The position numbers and the translations under genes were made by a program. DNA of 64,000 bases, from contig JAGXOL010000001.1 of NCBI GenBank assembly GCA_023659895.1, positions 15,757 to 79,756 of the forward strand. The letters run 5' to 3'. The notes beneath the pieces were generated by a model that worked only from the letters and a program-made list of their open reading frames with translations, was not told the origin of the DNA and did not search any database. Below, one piece after another: positions 1 to 9,589 of the stretch; the stretch's first letter is position 1, and every line of letters starts with the position of its first letter. The DNA is from Candidatus Aenigmarchaeota archaeon LH_S7 (lineage in GTDB: Archaea > Aenigmatarchaeota > Aenigmatarchaeia > QMZS01).

Positions 1-455
1 TTTTGAGGTGTTTTGTCTCCATAAAGCAAGGTTAGTTTGTTATAACAACCTCTCTTTTGTATTACATATTCGATTAGTGATTTCAAAGGGGCAAGTCCAC
101 AACCCCCACTAATAAGTATAATATTTGTGTGTTCAAACTCATCCATTGGATATCCTTTACCATGAGGTCCTCTAACACCTATTTTATCCCCTTCTTTAAG
201 ATTGAAAAGAGCATTTGTTACATTACCTGTTTTTCTTGCAGTTATCTCAAAATAATTTTTGTTGAAAGGGGAGGAGGAGATCGAGAATGGTGCTTCCCCA
301 ACACCGAAAACTGTGATTAAGACAAATTCACCTGGATCAAAATAGAAATGTTCTCTTAAAATTTTGTTTTCTAGTTCTATTTGAAAAGTTTTCGTGTCCT
401 CTGTCTCTTTTATTGTTTTTTTGATTTTCCCAATATTTGGTGTATATATTTTCAT
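1..455 (-). CDS. Sulfhydrogenase (group 3b hydrogenase) gamma subunit / AsrB-like FAD-NAD(P) oxidoreductase, runs off window start
   Basis: Read manually from ATG at 455 (ATGA overlap with upstream gene): MKIYTPNIGKIKK...FDPGEFVLITVFGVGEAPFSISSSP, typical ferredoxin-NADP reductase-like N-terminus. Confidence 0.85.
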   Translation of the reverse strand, partial: MKIYTPNIGKIKKTIKETEDTKTFQIELENKILREHFYFDPGEFVLITVFGVGEAPFSISSSPFNKNYFEITARKTGNVTNALFNLKEGDKIGVRGPHGKGYPMDEFEHTNIILISGGCGLAPLKSLIEYVIQKRGCYNKLTLLYGDKTPQ

Positions 456-1420
456 TTTATTTCCTCTAAAAACTTTTCGTAGTCAATTCCTACAGGACAA
501 TGTGATATGCAACGGCCGCAACCAACACACAAGAATTCATCATAATGTTTTTTTCCATATAAGAATTTGTGACTTAGGAATTGCCTCACCCTATTAACTC
601 TTTTATCTCTGAAAATAAAATCTCCTGCGACTCTTGAAAATTCTTTTGACAAACAGGAACTCCAGAATTTTTTTACTTTGCCTTCATTTTCAGATTTTGG
701 AACTTGTACTAAATCAAAACAATAGCACATAGGGCAGACTACTGAACAAGCAGTGCAGGAAAAACATTTCTTGAAGTGCTTTTCCCAGATCTTTGTGTTG
801 AAATTTCTTTCTATTTTTTTGTCTAAATCTTTTGCTAAGAAAAATCTCTTGCATTCAAAAAAAGTTTTCTTGAACGAGTTTTCCGTTCTCTTGAAGATCT
901 TGTGTTTCATCAATTTTTTGCCCCACTCACTCCCAATCTTTATGTAAAATTCTTTTCCAACATCTGTTAATAACAAATCAAAACCTTCCTTTAACTGGTC
1001 ATCCCCTAAACTTGTGCAGAAACAATTTTCCCCAGCTTTGGTGCAGTTAATTGCTATGATTTTCGTGTTTTCCCTTTTTATTCTGTAATAGAATTCCCCA
1101 CCCAATATTTTATCCAATTTCAACAGAGCATTTACATCACAAGGTCTAATTCCATATATCACTTTTTTCTTTGGCTTTCCAGGATGCTTTATTTTTATAT
1201 TATTGGATTTCTTGTATTCAAATATTGTTTCTCCATCAGGGAGGAAAAAATTCTTTGGAGGGTAATCAGTGTTTATATAATTCTTCACGATTTCATCCGC
1301 GGAACTTACTTTATCAAAAATAAGAGAGCCATTCTTTTTTACAGGAGCTATTACCTCAAAATTTTTGTTTAACAGTTTCACGAATTTTGGGAGATCTTTT
1401 TTCTTTAGAACATAATACAT
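452..1420 (-). CDS. Sulfhydrogenase beta subunit / AsrA-like 4Fe-4S protein
   Basis: GIRPCD, CFC, CxxCxxCxxxCPxCYC and CVGCGRCISHCP motifs. Confidence 0.88.
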   Translation of the reverse strand: MYYVLKKKDLPKFVKLLNKNFEVIAPVKKNGSLIFDKVSSADEIVKNYINTDYPPKNFFLPDGETIFEYKKSNNIKIKHPGKPKKKVIYGIRPCDVNALLKLDKILGGEFYYRIKRENTKIIAINCTKAGENCFCTSLGDDQLKEGFDLLLTDVGKEFYIKIGSEWGKKLMKHKIFKRTENSFKKTFFECKRFFLAKDLDKKIERNFNTKIWEKHFKKCFSCTACSVVCPMCYCFDLVQVPKSENEGKVKKFWSSCLSKEFSRVAGDFIFRDKRVNRVRQFLSHKFLYGKKHYDEFLCVGCGRCISHCPVGIDYEKFLEEIK

Positions 1421-1427
1421 TATTTAA

Positions 1428-1888
1428 TTACACATTACTCTTTATTAAATCCCACGCAACAATCAAATCTATTATTTCAGGAATCGCTTTTTCCACTTCT
1501 TTTGATAGACCAACTTCATATTCCATTGATTTTGGTTCGCAACCCACAATTAATATTTTTGTCTCAACACCCAGCTCTTTAGCCACGAGAACTATCTTAT
1601 CTATTTTAGTCTCATGGATATTTGTGAGTTTTCCTTTTTTTTTAAATCAGATAATTCAAAGTTATATATTTCTCCTGGGTTACCTTCTCTTTTGATAGCA
1701 TCCACAACAATGATTTTTTCATATTGCTCTATTTTGTTTAGAAGAGCAAAGACTCCTGAACCAAAATCTTCCACTTCAACATTTTCAGGTAATTTCTCAT
1801 TTTTGAGTTTTTCTATTACTAAAGGACCAAGACCATCATCACCCCGCAATTTATCCCCTAAACCAGCTATTAAGATTTTCCCAACAAT
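1428..1888 (-). pseudogene. Hydrogenase maturation protease, frameshifted at A9 run (1635-1643) and without an in-frame ATG
   Basis: KILIAGLGDKLRGDDGLG...IIVVDAI in one frame; H...ILIVGCEPKSMEYEVGLSKEVEKAIP continues in the -1 frame to TAA at 1428. Confidence 0.75.
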
Positions 1889-1942
1889 TAAACTTAAATA
1901 TAAGGTATTTGTTACTTAACTATTTAAATTTTTATTATTGTT

Positions 1943-2161
1943 ATGAACGAAGACAGACCGATAGATGCTTTAAACAACTCTAGAGGAAGTAGAGTACTCC
2001 TAAAGCTAAAGAATGGTACAGAAATGTCTGGAACATTGAAAGCTCATGACTTGCATTTGAACATGTGGCTTGGAGATGTGGAGATCAAGAAAGAAGATGA
2101 AACAACCAAATACAAGAATATGCTTATAAGAGGAGACACAGTACTCTATATCATACCATAA
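1943..2161 (+). CDS. Sm-like (LSm) RNA-binding protein
   Basis: Sm1/Sm2 motifs (GTLKAHDLHLN; IRGDTV); adjacent to rpl37e as is usual in archaea. Confidence 0.93.
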   Translation: MNEDRPIDALNNSRGSRVLLKLKNGTEMSGTLKAHDLHLNMWLGDVEIKKEDETTKYKNMLIRGDTVLYIIP

Positions 2162-2211
2162 TTTCTGAGTTGACTAGAAGGTAATATTAAAAATTTTACT
2201 TAAATATAGAT

Positions 2212-2403
2212 ATGACAAAGGGAACTCCTAGTCAAGGAAAAAGAAACAAGTTATTGCACACTACATGCAAGAGATGTGGTGCTCATGCTTACAATATGAG
2301 AAAAAAATTCTGTGCTAAGTGTGGTTATGGAAAGTCCAAGAAAGTAAAGGATTTTTCCTGGAGAAGTAGGTCTCTTTTAGGGAAAGGAAATAGAAAAAAA
2401 TAG
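2212..2403 (+). CDS. rpl37e: 50S ribosomal protein L37e
   Basis: MTKGTPSQGKRN, CxxC...CxxC. Confidence 0.96.
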   Translation: MTKGTPSQGKRNKLLHTTCKRCGAHAYNMRKKFCAKCGYGKSKKVKDFSWRSRSLLGKGNRKK

Positions 2404-2436
2404 TTGACAATAGAAAATTTTATTCTAACTTATTTT

Positions 2437-3942
2437 ATGTCACAGGAATTGAATGATTTAGCTAAAAAATTACTTGCAAATGGAAAGATAGCCAGTCCTG
2501 AGGCTTTGGAAATCATAAGGAATAGGAATCTTTTTGATGAAGTTTTGAAGTTGGAGGAAACCATAATAAAGAAGAGTACTTTGGAATCTTTAGAAAAAGA
2601 AAAATTTAAAAATGAACAGAAAATAGAGAAAGAATCTGAAAAAGAATTAAAACAAGAAACAAAACTGGAAGAGAAACCAGAAGAACCAAAAAAAGAAGAA
2701 GTAGAAATAAGGAGAGACAGGAAAAAGAAGGTTGCTGAGGAACATGATGTAGATTTCAATATATACAATTCAGAGGTAAAGCATGTAGAACGGAAAACCT
2801 CTGATTTCATTAATTATTTTAACTCAAGGTACGAGTTGATTCAAGGAATGTTGATGAAGAGAGTAAATCCAATTTCTATTTCCAATGTTAAGAAAACTCG
2901 GAATGATGAAGTTTCTATAATAGGGATGGTTTATGATATCAAGACAACAGCTTCAAACAACAAGATCATTGAATTGGAAGATCCAACAGGAAAACTCTCT
3001 GCAATGATAACTCAGAATTCTGAGGGAAGTCTTTTTGAGGAATCAGAAAATATTTTGAAAGATGAGGTTTTAGGTGTTAGAGGTGTTTTTAAGAACAATT
3101 ATCTATTTATAAGGGAGCTTATAAGACCTGAGATACCTATTACCAAAGAAATAAAGAAATTGGATGTGCCTTTGTCCTGTGTTTTCATCTCTGACTTGCA
3201 TGTGGGTAGTGTTGATTTCCTTGAAGACACCTTCAAGAAATTTTTGAAATGGTTGCATTCAAAGGAAGCAGAGAACGTGAAATATATTTTGATTGCAGGG
3301 GATTTGGTTGATGGTATAGGAATTTATGCTTCCCAGGAGGAAGACCTATCAATAAAAAGTGGGAAGAAACAATATGAACACACTGCTGAATTATTGAAAC
3401 AAATACCTGAACATATTAAGATCATTGTTCAGCCAGGTAACCACGACATTGTTGGTAATCATGAACCTCAGAACACTTTGAAAGATACTGCATTATCACA
3501 ACTACCTAATATTGTTTTTGGTACTAATCCTTGTTGGGTAACTTTGGATAAGATAAAGATATTGATGTACCATGGTTATTCCTACGACAATTTGATAAGG
3601 GAATTACCTTCAATCAGGCAGAAAGGTTATAGGGAACCCACTTTACCTATGATAGAAGCTCTTAAAAGAAGGCATTTAGCACCTACTTATGGCTCCTCCC
3701 TAGCAATACCTGAACAAAAGGATTATTTGGTTGTAGAGGATATACCAGACATTCTCCATTCTGGGCACTTGCATACTGTAGGAATGGATAATTACAAGAA
3801 TGTTTTAACCATTAACTCTGGAACATTCCAGGGGAGAACCAAATTCCAGGAAATGTTAGGTCATGTGCCTCACCCAGGAATTTTCGTGAAGGTTGATATG
3901 GACACCAGAAAGAGTAGAATGGTAAATTTGAACAATTATTAG
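2437..3942 (+). CDS. DNA polymerase D small (proofreading) subunit DP1
   Basis: OB fold plus calcineurin-like motifs SDLHVGS, AGDLVDG, PGNHD, YHG, GHLH, NSGTFQ; ATG at 2437 preferred. Confidence 0.95.
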   Translation: MSQELNDLAKKLLANGKIASPEALEIIRNRNLFDEVLKLEETIIKKSTLESLEKEKFKNEQKIEKESEKELKQETKLEEKPEEPKKEEVEIRRDRKKKVAEEHDVDFNIYNSEVKHVERKTSDFINYFNSRYELIQGMLMKRVNPISISNVKKTRNDEVSIIGMVYDIKTTASNNKIIELEDPTGKLSAMITQNSEGSLFEESENILKDEVLGVRGVFKNNYLFIRELIRPEIPITKEIKKLDVPLSCVFISDLHVGSVDFLEDTFKKFLKWLHSKEAENVKYILIAGDLVDGIGIYASQEEDLSIKSGKKQYEHTAELLKQIPEHIKIIVQPGNHDIVGNHEPQNTLKDTALSQLPNIVFGTNPCWVTLDKIKILMYHGYSYDNLIRELPSIRQKGYREPTLPMIEALKRRHLAPTYGSSLAIPEQKDYLVVEDIPDILHSGHLHTVGMDNYKNVLTINSGTFQGRTKFQEMLGHVPHPGIFVKVDMDTRKSRMVNLNNY

Positions 3943-4047
3943 GTCAAAATTCTGAAGTTCAAAAAATTAAATTAGGACATAGACCTTAAAATTTAGGGAT
4001 ATGAGCCAAAATAAACTTATTTATATATCTCTTACCACTATGTAATA

Positions 4048-4485
4048 ATGGAAATATATGAAGTTGGAAAGGATGAAGGAAAGAAAGAAACAGGAATACC
4101 TCAACACTATTCACCAAGAAACTTGGAGGTTCATTTAAAAAATGGAGAAGTAAAAGTATTTCTTCCTTCTGAAAAATTTCTATTAGAGTATCATAGGGAT
4201 TTTAGTGGCGAGAAAGAATTTAAGTGGCATTATGATTTTTCTCCAGATGACATAGAAAATATTGAACCTTCAGAAGTAGCAAGAGAGGTAGAAGTTCATT
4301 TTAAGAAAGGGAAGATAGAGCCTTATTCTAAATCTGGAGGTTTACTACTAAAATTAAATATGAAACATCGGAATAAAAAAGAATTTGAGAACTGGTATAG
4401 TTTTTCTCCGGATGACATAGAAAATATTGTATATCATCCAAAACATAGAGAAAAGATTACTGATCATACCTACTGCATTGAATGA
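4048..4485 (+). CDS. Hypothetical protein with internal duplication
   Basis: EVHxKxG...WxYxFSPDDIENI unit occurs twice. Confidence 0.6.
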   Translation: MEIYEVGKDEGKKETGIPQHYSPRNLEVHLKNGEVKVFLPSEKFLLEYHRDFSGEKEFKWHYDFSPDDIENIEPSEVAREVEVHFKKGKIEPYSKSGGLLLKLNMKHRNKKEFENWYSFSPDDIENIVYHPKHREKITDHTYCIE

Positions 4486-4521
4486 TTAATAGATATTCTT
4501 TAATTTTATACATTTACTTAT

Positions 4522-5820
4522 ATGGATTATGGAACAATTGGTTTTATCATCTTCATTGTTGCTTTAGTCATCCTTGTATATTGGAAGAAAAAAAATCTCC
4601 AAATTCAGGGAGTTTTCGTGATGTTGAAGACAAAAAAACTTAGAACCCTAATAAAGAGAGCTGTAAAAAAATATCCTTTCTTTTGGAAAACTTATTTTAC
4701 AACAGGTGTTATAGTTGGATTCCTTGCAATGGTATTTGGAATTTTTTTCCTTCTTAACAATGTAATCAATCTTTTACAGGGTTTTGGTGCTCCCACTCTT
4801 TCTTTGGTTTTTCCAGGGCCAACATCTTCTTTTTCAGCTCATCCAGGTGTTCTTTTAGTTCCTATATGGTACTGGTTGATAGCAATTGTAGTTTTGATTT
4901 TCCCTCACGAGCTTTCTCATGGTTTAGCGCTAGCTTTAAACAAGTTGAAAATTAAGTCTTTAGGTGTTTTCTTGCTCTTGTTCATACCTGGAGCTTTTGT
5001 TGAGCCAGATGAAAAACAATTAAAGAAAGTAAACAAGTTCAAAAAATTGCAAGTGTATGCAGCAGGTTCTTTTTCAAATATTGTTACGGGGATTATTCTT
5101 GTTTTAATTTTCCATCTTTTCCTGTTCACAGCTTTCTCTTATGAAGGTGTAGATTATGGATATGCAAGAGATATGGTTAATAGGTCAGAAATAATAGAGA
5201 CCAATAATTTGTCTGAGGGTTTGCTTGAAATAAAAACTTCCCAAGACACTTATTTAGCAACAAAATCTATTTTGGATAGACAAGTTAATAATACAAATCT
5301 TTTGTTGTTTGATGACTGGCCAGCTGCGAGAAATAATTTATCAGGAAGTATCAAAAAGATAGATAATATTGAAATAACTTCTTTTGATAAAATGACCAAG
5401 GTTTTGTCTAATTATAAACCAGGTGATAATATTAAAATAGAGACTTCAAAAGGAATTAATAACATTACTTTAGCAAATCGTAAGGGTAAAGCATTTCTAG
5501 GAATAACTTACCCTCAAGGATATACTTATATTCTTAACATGATTCCTAGCGAAACAGTGGTTGATTTTGTATTCCCACAGAGCTACAAGAATTATGAATT
5601 GCAAGCTCTCCCAGAAAGCGTGGGAAATTTCCTTTACATGCTAATATTTTTTATCTACAATGTTTGTTTTGGTGTCGCAATCATAAATATCTTACCAATA
5701 AAACCATTGGATGGAGGTTTGATAACGGAAACTTTAACTAATAAGAGATTTGCTAACGCAATTTCATTAATTTTCTTTGCAATCTTGGTCTTTATCATAG
5801 CAGGACCTTACTTATTGTGA
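4522..5820 (+). CDS. Site-2 protease (M50 metalloprotease) with PDZ-like insert
   Basis: HELSH, GAFVEPDE, AGSFSN, NILPIKPLDGG; multiple TM segments. Confidence 0.93.
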   Translation: MDYGTIGFIIFIVALVILVYWKKKNLQIQGVFVMLKTKKLRTLIKRAVKKYPFFWKTYFTTGVIVGFLAMVFGIFFLLNNVINLLQGFGAPTLSLVFPGPTSSFSAHPGVLLVPIWYWLIAIVVLIFPHELSHGLALALNKLKIKSLGVFLLLFIPGAFVEPDEKQLKKVNKFKKLQVYAAGSFSNIVTGIILVLIFHLFLFTAFSYEGVDYGYARDMVNRSEIIETNNLSEGLLEIKTSQDTYLATKSILDRQVNNTNLLLFDDWPAARNNLSGSIKKIDNIEITSFDKMTKVLSNYKPGDNIKIETSKGINNITLANRKGKAFLGITYPQGYTYILNMIPSETVVDFVFPQSYKNYELQALPESVGNFLYMLIFFIYNVCFGVAIINILPIKPLDGGLITETLTNKRFANAISLIFFAILVFIIAGPYLL

Positions 5821-5832
5821 AAAAAGAAAAAA

Positions 5833-6072
5833 TTAAATGCGAGATTCTTCTTCGTATTTATCCATCACATAATTCACTGAAATATGTCCATTATTCTTGC
5901 TTACTCCAGAGATCTTTATGTAATTGTCTCTACCAGCTTTTATAGGGTCTTCTAGTATATCATTTTCCATTTTGTTTATCATATTATCTGCTTCCTCTTT
6001 ATTATTGAAAAGTTTGTAGAAATTATTTTCAACCTCTGAACTCTCGAAAAGATTATCTAATGGGATACTCAC
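5833..6072 (-). CDS. Hypothetical protein
   Basis: 79-aa ORF filling an intergenic gap. Confidence 0.4.
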   Translation of the reverse strand: MSIPLDNLFESSEVENNFYKLFNNKEEADNMINKMENDILEDPIKAGRDNYIKISGVSKNNGHISVNYVMDKYEEESRI

Positions 6073-6121
6073 CTTTGCTTAATTTCTCGTAGGACATATA
6101 ATTATTTTGGAAATTTTGTAT

Positions 6122-6817
6122 ATGGTATTTGTGGTTATTGAAGGAATAGATGCCTCAGGTAAGGCAACACAAACCAAGTTTTTGGTGGAAAGATTAAAGA
6201 AAGAAGGTTATGAGGTGGAAACCATAGATTTTCCTCAATATGGAAAAAAATCCGCAGGTCCTTTGGAAAATTACTTGAATGGAAAATATGGTTCTTCAAA
6301 GGAGTTGGGTGCTTACATACCTTCTATTTTCTATGCTTGTGACCGTTTTGATTCTTCCTTCAAAATAAAGAAATGGCTTGATGAAGGTAAAATTGTTATT
6401 GCTGACAGGTATATTGCTTCAAACATAAGTCATCAGGGTGGAAAAATCAAAAATCAAGAGGAAAGAAGGAAATACATAGAATGGCTTTACAATCTTGAAT
6501 ATAAAATTTTCAAGATACCTAAACCAGATTTTACAATTATTTTGAAGACTTCTCCTGAATTTTCAGAGAGATTAGTTGGAAAAGGTTATGATAAGGGAAA
6601 GGAAGAAAAACGAAAATCTTATCTGGGTAATAAGAAGAAAGATATCCATGAGAAAGATAAAGAGCATTTGCTCAATACATTGAATTCTTATTTAGAAGTA
6701 GCTGAAATGTTTCCTGATGATTTTAAGATTATTAACTGTTTGGAAGAGGGGGAATTATTATCAAAAGAGAAGATTCATGAAAAGGTTTGGTCTGTTGTTA
6801 GAAAATTGTTATCTTAA
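6122..6817 (+). CDS. tmk: Thymidylate kinase
   Basis: IEGIDASGKATQ P-loop, DRY motif, PKPDFTIIL. Confidence 0.92.
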   Translation: MVFVVIEGIDASGKATQTKFLVERLKKEGYEVETIDFPQYGKKSAGPLENYLNGKYGSSKELGAYIPSIFYACDRFDSSFKIKKWLDEGKIVIADRYIASNISHQGGKIKNQEERRKYIEWLYNLEYKIFKIPKPDFTIILKTSPEFSERLVGKGYDKGKEEKRKSYLGNKKKDIHEKDKEHLLNTLNSYLEVAEMFPDDFKIINCLEEGELLSKEKIHEKVWSVVRKLLS

Positions 6818-8016
6818 TCTTTGAATTTTTCAAAACTTTTTTCCAGAGCTTTTATACCAGGTAATTTTTTTCCTACAAGAAAATCAACAAAAGATCCTCC
6901 ACCCAAACTTACATAACCTAATTTGTTGAAATCAATTCCTAATTTCCCCAAAGCATCAGTTGTGTTTCCACCTCCAACTAAAGAATTTTCTCCCAACATT
7001 GAAAAAATATCATAGGTTCCTAACTGAAAATTTTCATTTTCATAAACCCCTGCAGGTCCCTTAACACAAACAAATTCAGAATCTTGAACTATTTTATTAT
7101 AATTTTTAATTGTTTCTTTACCAATATCAAGAATTTGTTTTTCAGAAGGAAGTTCCTCAACAGAAATCTCAACTCTATTATTTTCATTTTCTATAGCTAA
7201 GTCTACAGGCAATATTATTTTTTTACCTAATTTTTCTAACAAAATTTTTGCTTCATCTAAATATTGTATGTAACCTTTGTCATGAAGAAACTTTTCTGTA
7301 TGACCTAAATCATAACCTTTTGCTATCAGGAACAACAAAGAGATGACACCTGTAACAGGGAAAACAATATCTTTTTCACCCCATCTTTTCATCAGTTTTA
7401 TAGGTTCTTTTGGTTTTGCTCCACCTAAAATGAAACATGATTTGGAACTTTCAAGTTTCTTTGAAAACTTTTGCAGTTCTTTTAATTCTCTCTCGAAAAC
7501 ATGGCCCGCGATACAAGGCTTTAATCTTGAGAATCCAACAACGCTTGCGTGACACCTGTGAACAACTGAAAAAGCATCTAAAACAAAATAATCAATTAAG
7601 GGAGCTAGTGATTTGACTAATTCACTTTCAGAGTGTTCCTCAATATTTTTTTCAATTTTTTCATCTTCATAAAAACGTGTGTTATCTAGTAGAATTATAT
7701 CTCCTGCTTTCATTTCCTTTATTCTTTTCAACTCTTCCCTAAATTCCAAGAAACCCACAGAATCCAAATATTTATTCAATAGTTCAGTGTGTTTTTCCAA
7801 AGATATAAAATCATCTTTGCCTTTTCTTCCCTGATGTGCGAGTAAAACAATTTTTGCACCCTCTTCATGTAATTTCTTAATAGTTTCAATGTGTGCTTTT
7901 AGTCTTGCATTTTCAGATAACCTTTTATTTCTGGAATCATAAGGTAAATTTAAATCTACTCGCACAGCAACAGTTTTGTTTTTCAAGTTAAAATCCTTCA
8001 AGGTAAAGAACTCCAT
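6814..8016 (-). CDS. pgk: Phosphoglycerate kinase
   Basis: VRVDLN, LLAHQGR, DAFSVVHR, GGAK, SLGGGS; real start MEFFTL at 8016 because the longer ORF overlaps tRNA-Ser. Confidence 0.95.
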   Translation of the reverse strand: MEFFTLKDFNLKNKTVAVRVDLNLPYDSRNKRLSENARLKAHIETIKKLHEEGAKIVLLAHQGRKGKDDFISLEKHTELLNKYLDSVGFLEFREELKRIKEMKAGDIILLDNTRFYEDEKIEKNIEEHSESELVKSLAPLIDYFVLDAFSVVHRCHASVVGFSRLKPCIAGHVFERELKELQKFSKKLESSKSCFILGGAKPKEPIKLMKRWGEKDIVFPVTGVISLLFLIAKGYDLGHTEKFLHDKGYIQYLDEAKILLEKLGKKIILPVDLAIENENNRVEISVEELPSEKQILDIGKETIKNYNKIVQDSEFVCVKGPAGVYENENFQLGTYDIFSMLGENSLVGGGNTTDALGKLGIDFNKLGYVSLGGGSFVDFLVGKKLPGIKALEKSFEKFKD

Positions 8017-8042
8017 AAAAATACAATATGGTTTTAATTTAT

Positions 8043-8154
8043 GCTGGGGTGGCAGAGTCAGGTTAATGCGGTGGACTCGAGATCCACTGGACCTAGTCCG
8101 CGCAGGTAGGTTTTTCTTGAAGAAAATCCCTGTAATCAAATCCTGCCCCCAGCG
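8043..8154 (+). tRNA. tRNA-Ser(CGA) with 28-nt intron at 54/55 (8108-8135)
   Basis: GCTGGGG/CCCCAGC acceptor, GTGGA-CTCGAGA-TCCAC anticodon arm, long variable arm; BHB central helix GCAG/CTGT. Confidence 0.92.
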
Positions 8155-8211
8155 TCTAAGTTTACTATATATGTTTACCCTCACTAAAGAGATAGCAAAA
8201 GAAGGGTAAAT

Positions 8212-8510
8212 ATGGAAGGCCAAGACTATTGGGAAGATTATTATAAGAGAAAAGTTAAAAAGATAAATAAAGACAAGAAAATTCTTATAACTTTCTTAAA
8301 AAATAAGAGGTCTGAAAGGGTTGGATATAGAAGGATTATAAGGTGGTTTGCCTTTAGATACAAAAACAACAATTGAGGAAAAGAAAAGAAACTTTAGATA
8401 ATTTAAGTACTGAATCCCTAAAGAAAGATAATGTTAGAGAGGCTTTTAAGGAAGCAATAAAGGAATTAATTAGAGAGAATCCTGATTTGCTGCAGGGATT
8501 GAAACTTTAA
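8212..8510 (+). pseudogene. Probable tyrosine integrase remnant (N- and C-terminal fragments, catalytic core deleted)
   Basis: MEGQDYW...KKILITFLKNKRSERVGYRRIIR joined to GLPLDTKTTIEE...VREAFKEAIKELIRENPDLL, resembling the termini of archaeal tRNA-targeting integrases; position next to att. Confidence 0.5.
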
Positions 8511-8947
8511 TATTCTTCTTTCACAGTAGATACAATTTCTTCTAATCTTACAGACTGGTCAGGGGATACAGCCTCTGACTTTCCAACTGGCTTATTTATA
8601 AAACAAAGACAAGGTTCCGGGTCTCCCAAAATTTTAAAATTATGTCCACCATGTCTATGTGTAGCTCCACTAACTTTATTAATTCCTTTAATTTTTGATC
8701 GAGTGGTGAGCAACTGCGAACCAAATAAATAATCTCCTTTGGTTGCATGTGGAGTAAATTTATAAACTTTTAATTTTTGTGAAAATTTAGTTTTATTTTC
8801 ATCTGTTGTCTCCTTTTTTATACCACACATAGCATGCTTATATAGTATTATTTTTTTTATACTTTCATGTTCTTTCTGACACTGAGCTTCAAATACTTTT
8901 GATATAATACAGTCATCCACACCTGTAAATTTATTTAAAAAGAACAT
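8507..8947 (-). CDS. Hypothetical protein
   Basis: 146-aa ORF, third gene of a tightly spaced trio. Confidence 0.55.
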   Translation of the reverse strand: MFFLNKFTGVDDCIISKVFEAQCQKEHESIKKIILYKHAMCGIKKETTDENKTKFSQKLKVYKFTPHATKGDYLFGSQLLTTRSKIKGINKVSGATHRHGGHNFKILGDPEPCLCFINKPVGKSEAVSPDQSVRLEEIVSTVKEEY

Positions 8948-8949
8948 CT

Positions 8950-9222
8950 TTATTCAAATCTTATTTTTCCTTCTTTTTCTAAATCTTTAAGAATAAAATG
9001 TGCTTCTTCAAATTTAATATTAAATCTATTAGCAATTTGTGAGGTGGTTGGTTTGCCCTTCTCTTTTATAAGTTCAAATACTTTTTGCTTTAATTTTTTA
9101 GATAAAAGTTCTAATCTGTCAGGTTCTGTTGAGAGTATCTCGTTAGGAATTGTTAAAACTAAATTAGAAATATCTGATACATTTGCCAGGTCTGGCACCA
9201 AAACTTGAAAATACTCAAACAT
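8950..9222 (-). CDS. Small winged-helix DNA-binding protein (putative)
   Basis: C-terminal TTSQIANRFNIKFEEAHFILKDLEKEGKI wHTH pattern. Confidence 0.6.
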   Translation of the reverse strand: MFEYFQVLVPDLANVSDISNLVLTIPNEILSTEPDRLELLSKKLKQKVFELIKEKGKPTTSQIANRFNIKFEEAHFILKDLEKEGKIRFE

Positions 9223-9223
9223 A

Positions 9224-9589
9224 TTAACTTTCCTTTTTGTCTACGACTTTTTTCATATCCGGCTCAAAGGATTCTCCAAATTTTTCTATTTCATCAGCCA
9301 ACTTTCTTTTTTCATCTGCAGAGCATTCAAATAAGTTCTGAAGTTTTCTGTTAAGCATAGATGATTTAAGAATAAAGTTTATTAGAATATCTTTTTGTTC
9401 ACTTGTTAATTTTTCAGATATTTCCTCAATTAAATTTGGATTATCTTTTAATTCATCAATTATTTTATAAGCATCCGGGTATTTATCCTGAATATCAGCA
9501 AGTTTTCTAATAGCCATTGAATTACCTTTTAAAAATAAACTATAAAAATCAGTAAAATCAACAAAAAAACTATTATCTATTTCCTTCAT
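9224..9589 (-). CDS. Hypothetical helical protein
   Basis: 121-aa ORF, 1 nt from the next gene. Confidence 0.6.
   Translation of the reverse strand: MKEIDNSFFVDFTDFYSLFLKGNSMAIRKLADIQDKYPDAYKIIDELKDNPNLIEEISEKLTSEQKDILINFILKSSMLNRKLQNLFECSADEKRKLADEIEKFGESFEPDMKKVVDKKES

Noticed and set aside
8017-8223. N-terminal extension of the PGK ORF
   Set aside because: Antisense to tRNA-Ser; PGK homology starts at MEFFTL (8016)
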